Shown here: positions 38,358-50,822 of the stretch, one piece after another
How the letters are laid out: every line of letters begins with the position of its first letter
Numbering within the stretch: the first letter of the stretch is position 1
Assembly: GCA_964016885.1 (NCBI GenBank)
Contig: OZ024740.1
Span: forward strand, 71,238,001-71,302,000
Reading direction: 5' to 3'
DNA length: 64,000 nt
Source of the DNA: Eledone cirrhosa
Taxonomy: Eukaryota
Position numbers and translations under genes: made by a program
Notes under the pieces: generated by a model
The model's database searches: none
What the model saw: only the letters and a program-made list of their open reading frames with translations
Told to the model about the DNA's origin: nothing

Positions 38358-40185
38358 CATAACAAAATACTGGCGTGTATGAATATATAATCAGAGACGT
38401 GGTTTGTGTGTATAATATTTAATTAACAATTTGTGGATATATAGTACAGTATAGTTGACATGTCAATGAATAGATGAAAGAATGAAGCAAAGTGATGAGT
38501 TACAGTTTTGGTTGCCAGGCGAACGCGCCTGCCCGAAGGCCAGGAGCCGAAAAGGCAAATGAGAGGCAGGGAGCTTAAAGTTATTCCTTTTATAGGGTTC
38601 TGCCGGAAGTTACAGAAAGGGTTCTACTTCCTATCTAGAGAGCGTTAATCTATTGGTGATGTGAGTGTCACAACAAGGGAGGCAACTCCTGCTACATTAT
38701 CCCCCGCCAGATTTTTAACATATAAAAATCGAATGAAATATGTATGTAGTAAGTTGGCGAGAATGTTATAACAGGCATGAAAATTACAAAAATCAATGAT
38801 AGATATCAAGGTAGCCAACCGCTCTTGGCCAGAGAAGGACTGGACATCTATCTATCCATCACCCAAAGATACAATGTAATCAAAGTAAGAGAAGAGCTCA
38901 AAGTTCAAATGTTCACAGGTGTGCAATCACATGACAGCAGGAAAGAAAGTGTGTTCCAGAGAATGAATGCAGGTGGTTTCTGGTCTGTGGTATAACGTGA
39001 AATTTCCAACTTCCAAAGGGAATTTCTCACAGGGAGAGTGCTGCAGAAATAAATTCTCTGGCTTGTTCTGCTGGTTTTGGTTGTTGATGTTGATGTTGTG
39101 AATGCGTTGACCTGGAAGGGTCAAGAGGCCAGCGACCAGAGAAATAAACATTCTGAATAAATGCGCAGTTTTCAACGGCAAATTTACGCGGTAAATTTTT
39201 AAACCGGCAAATATGAGAATATAGCTTATGGCTGGAGAATCCTTGGCGAGAAACGTTGTCTCTGGCGTGCGGCCATCTCCGTGAGTCGAGAATTCTGCTG
39301 CCTACACGTGCCAAAACAAAGTTAAGTTGAAAAAAAAAATTTCTACTGCGCGAAAATGATAATGCAACAGGTCGTTGGCAGCCATTTTGAAAAAATGTGT
39401 GTGTGAAAGTGACAATGATAAAAAAAGAAAGAAAGGCTTCACTTAGTATAACAAATATGGCGAGTTCAATTTTTTTTTTTTTTTTTTTTTTTTGTGAACT
39501 TTGAAAAAAACTTGAACGATGAAAAAAAGCAATAGTTGAGATTCATCGAAAATAAATGTTCATGTTAAATGTTTAAAAAAAAAATCAAATTTCTTTTTTT
39601 TTTGTTTGTTTTTAAAGTGTTCGTTGTAAGAAACGAAAAACATATATATATATACAGTGAACTGCGACAGTTAGTTGATGCGTGAGAGAAAAAGAGTCTG
39701 TCTGAACGAGAATTTCACATGTGCGTGTGTTCGTTTCTTTGACTGCGTATTTTCATAGTTTGTCAATAAAATTTGCTGCGTATTCGTAATGTTACTCACA
39801 CAACACCAGATTCTGCTATTTTTTTATTTTTTTCGGGGTCACCACTTATAACATAATACTGGTGTGTATGAATATAGTTTAATCAGAGACGTGGTTTGTG
39901 TGTATAATATTTAATCAACAATTTGTGGATATATAGAACAGTATAGTTGACATGTCAATGAATAGATGAAAGAATGAAGCAAAGTTATTAGTTACCGTTT
40001 TGGTTGCCAGGCGAACGCGTTTGGCCGAAGTCCAGGAGCCGAAAAGGCAAATGAGAGGTAGGGAGCTTAAAGTTATTCCTTTTATAGGGTTCTGCCGGAA
40101 GTTACAGAAAGGGTTCTACTTCCTATCTAGAGAGCGTTAATCTATTGGTGATGTGAGTGTCACAAGGGAGGCAACTCCTGCTACA
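38358..40185 (-). mobile_element. Non-autonomous LTR retrotransposon, copy 2, nested in the Helitron
   Basis: LTRs 39847-40185 and 38358-38696, 4-bp TSD TTTG, PBS TGGTGACCCCGA and PPT GGCGGGGGA on the - strand; internal region homologous to copy 1. Confidence 0.92.
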
Positions 40186-40847
40186 TTTGCATTAATTATT
40201 GAAGACTTCTGCTTATTTTGACAGGTTAGGGACAAATAATGTTCTTCTTTTACTTCCTAGCTGTATATTCTTAGCATAATTTCAAACCCCGAGCAACGCC
40301 GGGTAAATCTGCTAGTTTATATATATTTATATGTTTGACAAGTTGTGAGACAAACTTTATTATTATATGACAAAAAAATTTAAAGCTCAATGTGTTTGTA
40401 CAATCAGCATTAAGAAGAGCAAATATATTTAAGGTATAATCTTAATGCTGAGTGTACAAGTGCATTGAGTCTTCTTCTACTGCAACTTCCCTCCATTTAG
40501 AATTCCTAGCACTTCTTCACTTAACAATCATCATCACTACACATCAAATGGCTACACCAGTGCAGTCTTCTCCCTTGCACACTACATTTGATTCCTCTTT
40601 TACTCAGTTTCTCTCTCAATGCATCTATACTTTGCTATTCATTCACATTAACCTCTATATCCATACCTGGTATATTATTGGCGTGAAATAGAAAAAGAGT
40701 AGATGATTGTAACTAGCAATCTAATGTTGACTCCCTATCACCAAATATGTTTAAGTAAAGAAAGGCAACAGTTACATATTGTGTTAGTGTCCAGAATAAT
40801 AAACCAATGCCTTCAGAGATGATGTAATCAGAATGAGTGGTGGGTTG

Positions 40848-40985
40848 GAATCAACAGGGTGGATTAAGCAACTACCAAAGGATCAACAGGGTGGACTAGC
40901 CAGTTGTTAAGTGATCAGCATTGTGGACTAGCCAGTTGTCAGAGGATCAGCAGGGTGAACTAACCAGTTGTCAGGGGATCAGTGG
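40848..40985. repeat. Degenerate tandem repeat of about 31 bp (GATCAACAGGGTGGACTAGCCAGTTGT...), 4-5 units
   Basis: Direct repeats visible by eye. Confidence 0.7.
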
Positions 40986-41559
40986 TCTAACATCATCATC
41001 CTCATTTTAATATCTGCTTTCCATACTGGCATGGGTTGGACCAGTTTTCATGCTCTGTTCTGAGGCTTGACTGGTCAGGTAACCATGTCTTGCTCCTACA
41101 TTCCATATTTGACATGGTTTCTCCAACAGGATGCCTTTCCTAACATCAGCAATTTACAGGATATACTGGGTATGTTTTTTCATGGTACCAGCACTATCAC
41201 TTTGCAGAGTGGATTGAGTGTGTTTTATTATGGTATCAATGCTAGAGAAGTTTTTGTATGATTGTCCAAACTGAAGAATCTTCTTAGATTCTATATTGAC
41301 TCTGTTCAATTTCCAAACACTGTAGTTTAGTCTCTCACTACATTTACCCTTGGTGTTGCAGTGCTTGTACTGGTGGATGGATCTTGTGTATTATGGCATA
41401 ATACCAGTCCACTCGGTATTGTATCATCACTTGTGAGACTGTTTTTAAAAGTCATTTTTCCCAACTTTATCCCATCTCTTCCTTGCTCTCCCTCTTCTAC
41501 AATTTACATCCATTTTAATTGAAAACCACACTATTCATCAGCTAGCTTGGACTCAACAA

Positions 41560-41875
41560 TCTCCCTGCATCTCTTTGCCAGACAGTTAGAATAGACTTTA
41601 CTGGGGAAGCTTAACAGATCCCTCTGTAATTGGAGCAATCTCTCTTGTCTCCCTTTTCGAAAATTGGGATTATTACTCCCGATTGCCTTTGATTAGGTGC
41701 CTTTCCAGAGATCCAGGTTACCTGGCACACACGAGTCAGCAAGAAAATACCTTCTCTATTTAAGGCTTTGTCTAACCAAAATATCAGATGAAGCTTGTGA
41801 GTATACACAGCTGTTGCAGCATCTTGGCCTCCACATCATTCAGGGTAGTGTCATGTGTGTTTTGCACTGCTTCCA
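41560..41875 (-). mobile_element. LINE RT fragment (RTE-like)
   Basis: GVIIPIFEKGDKRDCSNYRGIC motif. Confidence 0.7.
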
Positions 41876-42569
41876 GTGGTAAAGTAAAAAATAAAATAAA
41901 ATAAAGGAAATTGAAACAGTAAACTGAACAGTCATAAAATCAGTATATTGTACTAATAGTTAAATAGTATAGTTTTATTATATTTTCATAATGTGAGGCT
42001 TAGTGGTTATGGTATTCAGCTCACTATCATAACAGCGTGAGTTTGATTCCAGGTAGTGTGTTGTGTCTTTCAGTAAGACACTCTATTTCACATTGTTCCA
42101 GTCCACTCAGCTGATAAATATGACTTGTAATTTAAAGGGCCAACCTTGTTATACCATGTATCACGTTGAATCTACCTAAGAACTATGTTAAGAGTACACT
42201 TTCTGGAATAAAGAGTACACCAAACCATGTGCTTGGAAGCATCTAGTTATGACTTGTTACATTCTAAGTTCAAATCCTACTGAGCGTTAATAAGGTAGAG
42301 TACTAGGGTCAATATAATTGACTTTTCCCTCCTCACAAAATGTTGGCCTTGTGCCTAAATTAGAAATCATTCCCTTTACAAAGTATAGTTGCACAGAGAT
42401 ACTTGAAAAAAAAAAAATAACTCAGTGTACACATACAAACATATATAGTAGTTAAATTAACTGAACTATCAATTTCATTGTTTGCAGGTGGAGAAAAAAA
42501 TAGTTGTCATGTTATGATATGAACAACTAAAAATGAGATGTCAAACTAGTTACTGTTGTTAAGTAGCTA

Positions 42570-42745
42570 CCATATTTATCAGCATATAACACTCACCCTA
42601 ATTTTGGGAAAGATGGTTAAGTAAAAACAAAAAAAAAAAGTTTATTAGTTTTGCTTAAAAAATGGTAGTATGCAGATATAACATGCAGGTAAATTTTAGG
42701 CTATCAATTTAAGGAAAAAAGTGTGTTATATGCCATTAAATATGG
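42570..42745. mobile_element. pogo/Tc2-type MITE
   Basis: TA-CCATATTTATCAGCATATAACAC ... GTGTTATATGCCATTAAATATGG-TA imperfect TIRs. Confidence 0.65.
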
Positions 42746-43428
42746 TAATTTGTTTACCATTTGTGCAAATTGAAATATTTGTTTCTTAAATACATGACCA
42801 GATTTTGTAATGGAAAGATATAATTGAATCAATGGCAATAGTATATTTCTGGTTTAGTTTTTATTGGCCACAGAAAAATGAAATGTAAAGTTTAATCTAG
42901 TCGGTTTTGAACATTTCTTTTTAATGATTTGATCAAATGATGAATGGTAACACTCATGGCGTTTCTTGGTTCCTCTGAGACTAATGTGTGGAACGGGGGA
43001 CATTACCTTCAGACCCAAGACTTGATTTAACCCTTTAGCATTTACATTACTCTTTATTTACTATTGTATTTTTGTGGTAAAGATTTTATCTTACATAATT
43101 ATCTAGCATAATATCGAATCTATGAAATTTTTATGTTATTTATTTTAAGAATAATACCTTAATGTTAGTACAAACAGCCAGTCATGGCCTGTTTGAACAG
43201 AAAAAGGTAAGAGAATTCTGGCCAGATATGGCTTGTTTAACACTTTAGCATTTACATTACTCTATATATACTATTGTATTTTCACAGTAAAGGCTTTATC
43301 TTACATAATTATTTCACATAAAATCGAATCTATGAGATTTTGATGTTATTTATTTTGAGAACAATACCTTAATGTAGGTGTGAGCAGCCAGTTACAGCTG
43401 GTTTGAATAGAAAGAAGTGAGAGAGTTC

Positions 43429-43873
43429 TGAAGTATCCTAGTTGGATTGTTTATCGACATAGACGTGAGGGAAGGTCCCTCGTCTATTTACCATTTTTGT
43501 AATTGAGAATTATAACAAGTGAGTGGGTGTGTGCGTAAACAAGACAATAACCACAACGAGAGTTATATTTAACAATGTAAATAATGGTGATGTTTATTTT
43601 GTTTATATGTGTTTATTATATTACAAATGAAACTTACCAAATATATACGTGATCCAGTTGTTGTCATGGGAGCGTATTACAATTACAAAGGTATTGTGGT
43701 GTTTGCTGTTCCCGAGGGCTGTTTATCGTTTCGTGGTACAGAGGCTGTTTTCTGTGGTGTATATACCGTCTGCTTTCCTGTGGCTGTCTCTGTTTACCTC
43801 TGTGTTCTCCACCAGGGGGAGACAACTAGGCCTGGTCCATTATCCGCCAGGGGGCGTGAGGTGTCTTACTACA
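43429..43873. mobile_element. Solo LTR (445 bp) inserted in a piggyBac-like MITE
   Basis: TGAAGTA...TACTACA termini with 4-bp TSD GTTC; the MITE sequence resumes after it. Confidence 0.7.
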
Positions 43874-45059
43874 GTTCTGGCCGGATTCAGCCGGTTTGAA
43901 TGCTAAAGGGTTAAAGGCTTGCACTTGAGGACAAACACAGGTACACACATATCGTTATAGGGAACTAGATTATCACAAACCAATAGTGAATCTATCCATA
44001 TTGTGGTATAAAGTTACTCTCAATGTTATAATAACACATGGTAACAAATTTATAGTTTGCCTCCTCACTCACTACACAATATATATGTATATGTATGTAT
44101 GTATTCATTTATTCAAAGATGTGGCTGTTGATATTCTGAGTTTGTCAACCTACTTATATTCTTTGAGATGCAAACAGGTGGGATATTCTGGTTTCCAATG
44201 GCCAAGTGATTTCAATTAATTTCCTACAAATTGCTATTGGTCAGCAATTGGTTGATTGTAGCTGTGGTTGTGGTTATTTGCTGTTCTTGCCAACAGCAAA
44301 AGATTTTATGGGCAAAACCAACCAACAGGAGACACAGAGGTAGACCTCAAGCAAGTTGGTTGGATAACATCTTTAAGCATGGATGGTCTCGCTTGGAGAC
44401 CCAGCTAGATCATTTGGAGACAGTTGTTTCTGAAAGACCCTCTGGAAGATATATCTGAGGGCTCTGCCCCCACAACTATCTCAGAAATAAGTGAGAGAAG
44501 ATAACACATAAAGAGACAAACCCTAACACATGTAACTATGTCAACAAAGAGTCTTAAATAGTGGCCACTCAGCTTGAAATAGTTGACAAAGTAGAATGTT
44601 TAGCCATGCATTCATTTCCACCCTACTATTCCAGTACATTTGGAGCCAGGAGAGGAGACTTGACAACAAACACAGAAACATTCCAATCCATTGCTAAAAC
44701 TGCAGACCTCTATGTCAATAAATGAAAAAGATGGCTAGTTAAGAAATATAACATCTTCATATATCCTTTTAAATGTCTCATTAAAATACAAGAGTAGACA
44801 TAACAGCAAGCATTTCCTAAAAACAAAATTAACTTTAAAAAGACTTGTAACTTTTATGTAGCAAGGCATAGAAGTGCCAAAACCTCATTGGCAGTAACCT
44901 TCACTTACCATCAACTACTAATGACATAGAATCCTTCAGGCAGCTAAAAACATGGCAAACAATATAGCAGTAATTATTCCCCCTTCACACTCAGTCATGT
45001 ACATACGTATGTGTATATATTGTGAACAAAGAGATAGAAAAAACAAAAACAAGACAGAA

Positions 45060-47080
45060 TACCATAAAAATTGAGAATATTAGTTTAATGTTCAGATGTG
45101 AGAAAAAGTTAGTACATAACATTTTGGGCTACATCCTTTATCAGATGGTGGACCGAAGAAAAAATATAGGAAAGTAGGAAAAAAAATCGAAAGCAAGGAT
45201 AGAGTTGACATGTGTGAGTATGGTTAAGACATGGTGGTTGTAAAGTGGCAGGAGAGTTAGAGTATAGAAAGATAAGTTAGTGCTAAGGGAGCTAAGTAAG
45301 GTAACAAAGGGGAGTAAACAAGAGCTGTTAGTGTAAAGTTAGACCTATGCAGTTGCAGCTAAATGTGTGTATGCACACAATACATATGTGTGGGTAATGG
45401 GGGATCTAGAGGAACTAAGTTCAATCCAGATGGATTGGGGGGGGGGGGGGCTGGAAAATAAACTGTTGCTCAAAGTTTAGTTTGAACTGGCTTGATCCAT
45501 AATGGTGGCAATCTCTGAACATATTCAAGTTGTTGGAGGAATGTCCAGGAAACCGAAAGTGATAAGACATCTAGTTGATGTAAATAGTGGGGCATAATGA
45601 GCATATGAAGCATTAGGTGAGGTTAGAGAGGAAGGAGATTAGGGGTGGTGTGTGGAAAAGGTGGAGGGTGGTGGGATCAGACTGAAGGAGGCAGAGTGCA
45701 TGCATGACCTTACAATAGAAGATTAAAGTGGAGGTGCTGCAGATAATAGAAAAGGGGAGGTGACTGGGTGTGGATCAAGAATATGGTCATAGGGGTGTAG
45801 TATGGTCAACTAAACAGGCACAGGTGAAGGAAGTTTTGACTAGAGTGTGGAGATATATCAGAGTGCTGGGCCATATTTGAGGGCTGGATCTCGAAGGAAG
45901 TCCTGGTCATAGCAACACAGATGAAAGAGGCAGAAGAATTGGGAACAAGGGATTGCTCATTTAGTGTGAATGGAGGGAGAAGAGGTTTATCCAAAGTAGA
46001 AGTAAGAGTCCATAGGTTTGTGGAAGGTGAATGTGATGAAGGATTGGTTTGAGTGGGGGATAGAAATAGCGACACACCGAGGAAGTGAATAGAGGTGTCA
46101 GAGATGGTGGATGTGTACTGGAGAGAAGGATGGAGTTGACTTAGAAGAAGAAAGTATTGAGTAATGTGTGAGATGGAGGTGTGGTCAGTAGATGATAAGA
46201 GGATCTTGGTCCCAATGTTTTCTTCTTTGCCCACTTATTCCTAGGAGGGTCTTGGGGGCAGCCTCCTCAAGCATGCCTTCCAGCATCTGTTAGAAGCAAC
46301 CATCTTCAATTGATCCGGCTGGATCCCCAAGCATGACTAGCCAAGCTCATGGATGTTATGCAGCCATCTTGCTCAGGGTCTCCTGTCGGTTGGTTTTTCC
46401 CATAAAATCTATCCAGCGATTCTAACCACACGTCTGTAATATTGGAGCTGTGATCTCTCCAGAGAGGTAGAGGCTCTACCTAGAGCAACTCTTTGATCTC
46501 TGAGATATACACTCTATGGAGTAACATCACTCCATGAAGATTGTGAACAGCTGGAGTAACAGTACAGGTCTCAATGCAGGCAAAAAAAGTTTTGCATAAT
46601 TGGGGACAATATTTGTTCCTATACCTAACCCTTTAATTTGTCGGTAAATATTTTGTAAGAAAGAAAAGCAGTTTAAGGTTATAACAAATTCAGTTAGGTG
46701 AAGGAAGGTGGAGGTGGTGGGTTAGGGGTGGTGCAACAGTTGAGGAATTATTGAAGACCTAAGGGACTGACGTTCTGAGGGATGACAGTGTAATGAGATT
46801 TTATGTTTACGATAAAAAGAAGGTGGGCAGGGTTGAGGGGGAAAGAGAAAGGGTTGAAGAGGCAAAGGGTGGAGTTATGTCGTGGATGACGAAAGAAAGG
46901 GCAGTGACTAAGAGTGAAAGGACATGGTTGAGGTATTTTGAAATTAGCTTGATTGGGCAGTTGCAGATGAAAACTGGTGGCCAAGCCTGTTGTGGTTTTA
47001 TGGATTTGGGCGAAGAAATGTTGATGAAAGTGCAAGGAGTGCAGACAATGAGGTTAGATCCTCACCTCGGTTCCTGCACC
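45060..47080 (-). mobile_element. Old, degraded Penelope-like element, interrupted by a probable RTE 3' fragment at about 46235-46560
   Basis: TISDTSIHFLGVSL (RT) and HFRFPGHS...FEQQFIF (C-terminus) remnants; decayed hammerhead-like motif near 45118-45148. Confidence 0.55.
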
Positions 47081-47469
47081 TTGGATTATGCAACTGGATT
47101 ACCATCAAGGACTACAACAGATTTTACTATTGATAATATATATATATATATATACCATCATCATTACTGTTTTACATTCGTTTTGCCATGCTAATATATT
47201 TATATGCATATTGTCATCATCACTCTTTTACGTCCATTTTCCATGCTGGCATGGTTTAGACAGATTAGACAACCCGTTCTTGCTCAAATATTCCATTCTG
47301 GCATAGTTTCTATGGCATTTAATGCCAAACACTTTACAGACTGTACTGGGTGAATTTTCTCATGGCACCAGCACCTACCACTTTACAGAGAGATACACAC
47401 ACACGCACACATGAGATAAGGTGTAAAGAGAGAATATATAACATTGATGAATATGTCTTGTCTTAGATT

Positions 47470-47716
47470 CTAACTACGAAGAAGAATATCTGATTTGGCT
47501 GATGTATAGATGCCACAAATTGGTGCCAAGGGAAATGTCTTACGTAAGGACATACATTTTTCTCGGTCTATAAACAAAGAATTAGACTTGTTAATAATGT
47601 CTGCTTCTAGATTTGACTTCAGCACTTGCAGATCTTGGAGAGCATTTTCAGCATAATGTAATTTTTTGGAAAGACATTCCACAGTATCAGATATCTCACT
47701 TACTTCTTCAACTAAC
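47470..47716 (-). CDS. TEKT3: Tektin coding exon 6 (terminal)
   Basis: LVEEVSEISDTV...LEADIINKSNSLFIDREKCMSLRKTFP; CAG acceptor and phase consistent with exon 5. Confidence 0.88.
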
Positions 47717-47879
47717 CTGAGAATAAACAAGAACAAACAAAAATCAGCAATGGTGTTAAATCCTAGAAATATAACAAATATTTACTATATTGAAAATTGA
47801 TATCTTCAGTATTAAATCATCAACCTTCTCAGCACAGCATCTCTCCACACACCACATTTTTTCATCATCTCTGTGAGTC

Positions 47880-48341
47880 TCAGCAATTTGAGATCAGCTC
47901 TCACCACCTCTGCCCAGGTATCTCCTGGCTCTTCTTCACCCTTTGATTATCATTCATGTACATAACATGTCCATACCAATGCAGTCATCTCTCTTGCACA
48001 CCACCTCAGATTTCTCTCTCAGTTCATCCAAGCTCTACTGTTCTCTCACATTTACATTGCACATCCAACAAGCATGGCTGCTTCATTTCTCTTAAGTCTA
48101 CAAATGTCCTTTGCATTTACTGCCCATGTTTCACTACCATGCAACATTGCACTTCGCACACAGGCATCATACAGTCATCCTTTTATATGTAGGGAGAAAC
48201 CTTTTGTTGCCAACAGTGGGAGTAACTCTCTAAACTTCTTCCATCCTATCCTTATTCTAACTATTATGCTCTCAGAGCACCCTCCTTTGCTGTTAATTAA
48301 GTCACCTAGCTAGCAGGAGCTATCAACCACTTCTATGGACC
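47880..48341 (-). mobile_element. Degraded RTE LINE fragment in a tektin intron
   Basis: Homologous to 35964-36450 (WKKFRELLPLLATKGFSL...). Confidence 0.75.
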
Positions 48342-48871
48342 TGTAGCAAGCAATGGCACTATTGCATAGCTGCAGAATAATTTGGTCATGCTTTGTCACT
48401 CATCAGTCCTTAGGGATTGGCAGCGTATGAATACAGAGAACGACTTCCGCCCAGCAGTTGCTTTGCGCCTTTTTTCACTTTTACCCAACAGTTGCAGTTT
48501 TTCACTTCGTCGAGACCAGACCTCACAAATTACATTCCCGGTCGACAACTAGCAAGATGTAACACTTAACAAGAAACTTTGGTCCTCTCGACAAGGGCCC
48601 AGCAACATTCTTCCTACCTAAATATATTTTGCACACATTTTTTCGTTCAGCTTTTCACTCTTTTAGTGTTTGTATTAATTTGTTTGAAAGAAAATAAACC
48701 TTTGTTATATTTTGACATGTGCTTTCTGATTTGATCCTTTTCCTCAACCATGGAACTTATTACTAAACATAAACATGCAGCCTACCAATCTATATCTTTC
48801 TTAAGGATCCTTTCTGCAATCAAGAATTATAAATAAAGATTTTCTGCTAAAAGTGGTGACCCCAACATGAT
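48342..48871 (+). mobile_element. LTR of a third family followed by a tRNA-Trp-type PBS (truncated element)
   Basis: TGTAGCA...TGCTAAA ends, TATA and AATAAA inside, then AG-TGGTGACCCCAACATGAT. Confidence 0.6.
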
Positions 48872-49524
48872 ATGGGAAAATCATCTTCCTCATGGTAATA
48901 TCACTTCACACCACAAGTGAGTACAATTTTTGTTTCTTTGAATATGACATAGCTTCTCTCAACACACTGAGATCAACAAGTCACTCACCCCTCAACTTTA
49001 CATTTCAACAATACTTTATACAAGCAAATAAAGAATATCTGATAAAGACCCTTCCTGTGACTTGAAGAGGTTTATATCACTGACACTCTTCCCCTCGATT
49101 ACTCATGTGTATCTTCTACATACAAAGTCTTTCTTTCCTGTTAGTCTACCTGTTAATCCCATTACATCTCTTGTGTACCCAAGATTTACATTGTGTACAC
49201 CATATGAAGTTTATGCCTACTCCTTTTCTACATATTGAGCAGGGTCCCTTTCCTGTAAATCCATGACCTACAAATTGGTATATACATACATTCATTTATA
49301 TAAGATATCATCACCATTAAATGATGATAACGACTATGATGATAATATCTTAATGTTTAGGAGAATGTGCAGTATATACTTGAGTATAAGTTACCCCCTA
49401 TTTTTATGTCTGAGAAATGGGCGAAAATCCAACCCTCTTTACAACTGGGGCAGCTAGTTAATCAGCATATAATGTTTAAATGGTGAATATAAGCCCCATT
49501 TCACCATTGATTTTTTTTGTCTCG

Positions 49525-49650
49525 TTTTATAGTTCGGAAGTTCCTAAGAAAGTTCTGCAACCTCAACGGGAAGTAACTCCAGCTACTTCCTGTCTAGAGA
49601 GCGCTACTGGTGATGTGATAGTCATAACAAGGGAGGCAACTCTTGCTACA
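49525..49650 (-). mobile_element. LTR fragment of the 32763/38358 family
   Basis: CTACTTCCTGTCTAGAGAGCG...ACAAGGGAGGCAACTCTTGCTACA matches the LTR end at 38625-38696. Confidence 0.75.
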
Positions 49651-50184
49651 AATAAGCATATAATGTTTATAAGCCCCATTTTACCATTGATTTTTTGTCA
49701 CATATTCCTTGACTTATAATGTATGGTAGGTAGGTATATTCCAAGTTGTAGGCTATGGTTCTGCACCTAGATAGCTAAAATTTTACATATAGACAGTTTT
49801 ATTTCAAGTAGAAGATCATAAAGTATGAGATGTTTTCTGTTTCTTTCTAAAAAAGGAAATTTATTTTGTTAATTACAAAACCTGAATTTATCAAAAATGA
49901 AGGATGTGTACCTACTATGAAAATAGAAAATTGTATAATGGAGAATGTTTATTTTCTATTAATGAACACTGATTTTGTAAATTAAAAAGTTAAGTTGCAA
50001 ATATGATGCACTGAAAAAATGCAATTGCAGAGGCCTTACACTGATGAACTAAGACTTAAAAATAGCCCAAAAAGGTTTAAAAAAGGTAGTGAGTGTGTGA
50101 ATGTGTGTGTATGCATGTATACATACATGTGTGTTTGTGTTTGTACACATACATGCATGATTATATATATATAATATACACACA

Positions 50185-50314
<130 letters not shown>

Positions 50315-50377
50315 TGTGTGTATATTGTATATATATATATATGTGTGTGTGCACAAAGCTACAGATGATTGCCTTAC

Positions 50378-50532
50378 CAAACATGCGCTGGATCACGACA
50401 AGATTCAAAATTTGGTCGTCTCAGTCTAGTACCAAGCCGTGTCTGGGCCACTTGCATTGGTGCTTGCTTATCTTGGATTGCTTTCTTTATATATTCAATG
50501 TTCTTATTCATATCAAATATTTCTTGTAGAAC
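50378..50532 (-). CDS. TEKT3: Tektin coding exon 5 (155 bp, signature nonapeptide)
   Basis: [51 protein letters not shown]; CAG/GTAAG junctions. Confidence 0.92.
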
Positions 50533-50822
50533 CTGCAGTTAGTTGAAATATAAATATATATTAGGCCAATAACATCTTCTCTGTAGGTGCTACTAGCAAT
50601 TGTTTTTCGTTTCTAGGGGTATTTTACCCAATTTTCTTAGCTATTATTTATAGCGATTAGGTTGGTGGATTGGCAGTATCGGTAGAGCATCAGACACCAT
50701 ACTTTGCAGCATAGAGTTATGGCCCTTTGTGTTCTGAGTACAAATCCTGCCACGGTTAGCTTTGCCTTTCATCCTTACGGAGTCGATAAAATAAAGCACC
50801 AGTAATGCATGGGAGTCGATTT

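Larger units (their letters stand above)
36494..40315 (+). mobile_element. Internally deleted Helitron
   Basis: A|TCTTTATTTATATAAAA 5' end; CCCGAGCAACGCCGGG hairpin then CTAG|T 3' end; RepHel remnants inside. Confidence 0.9.
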
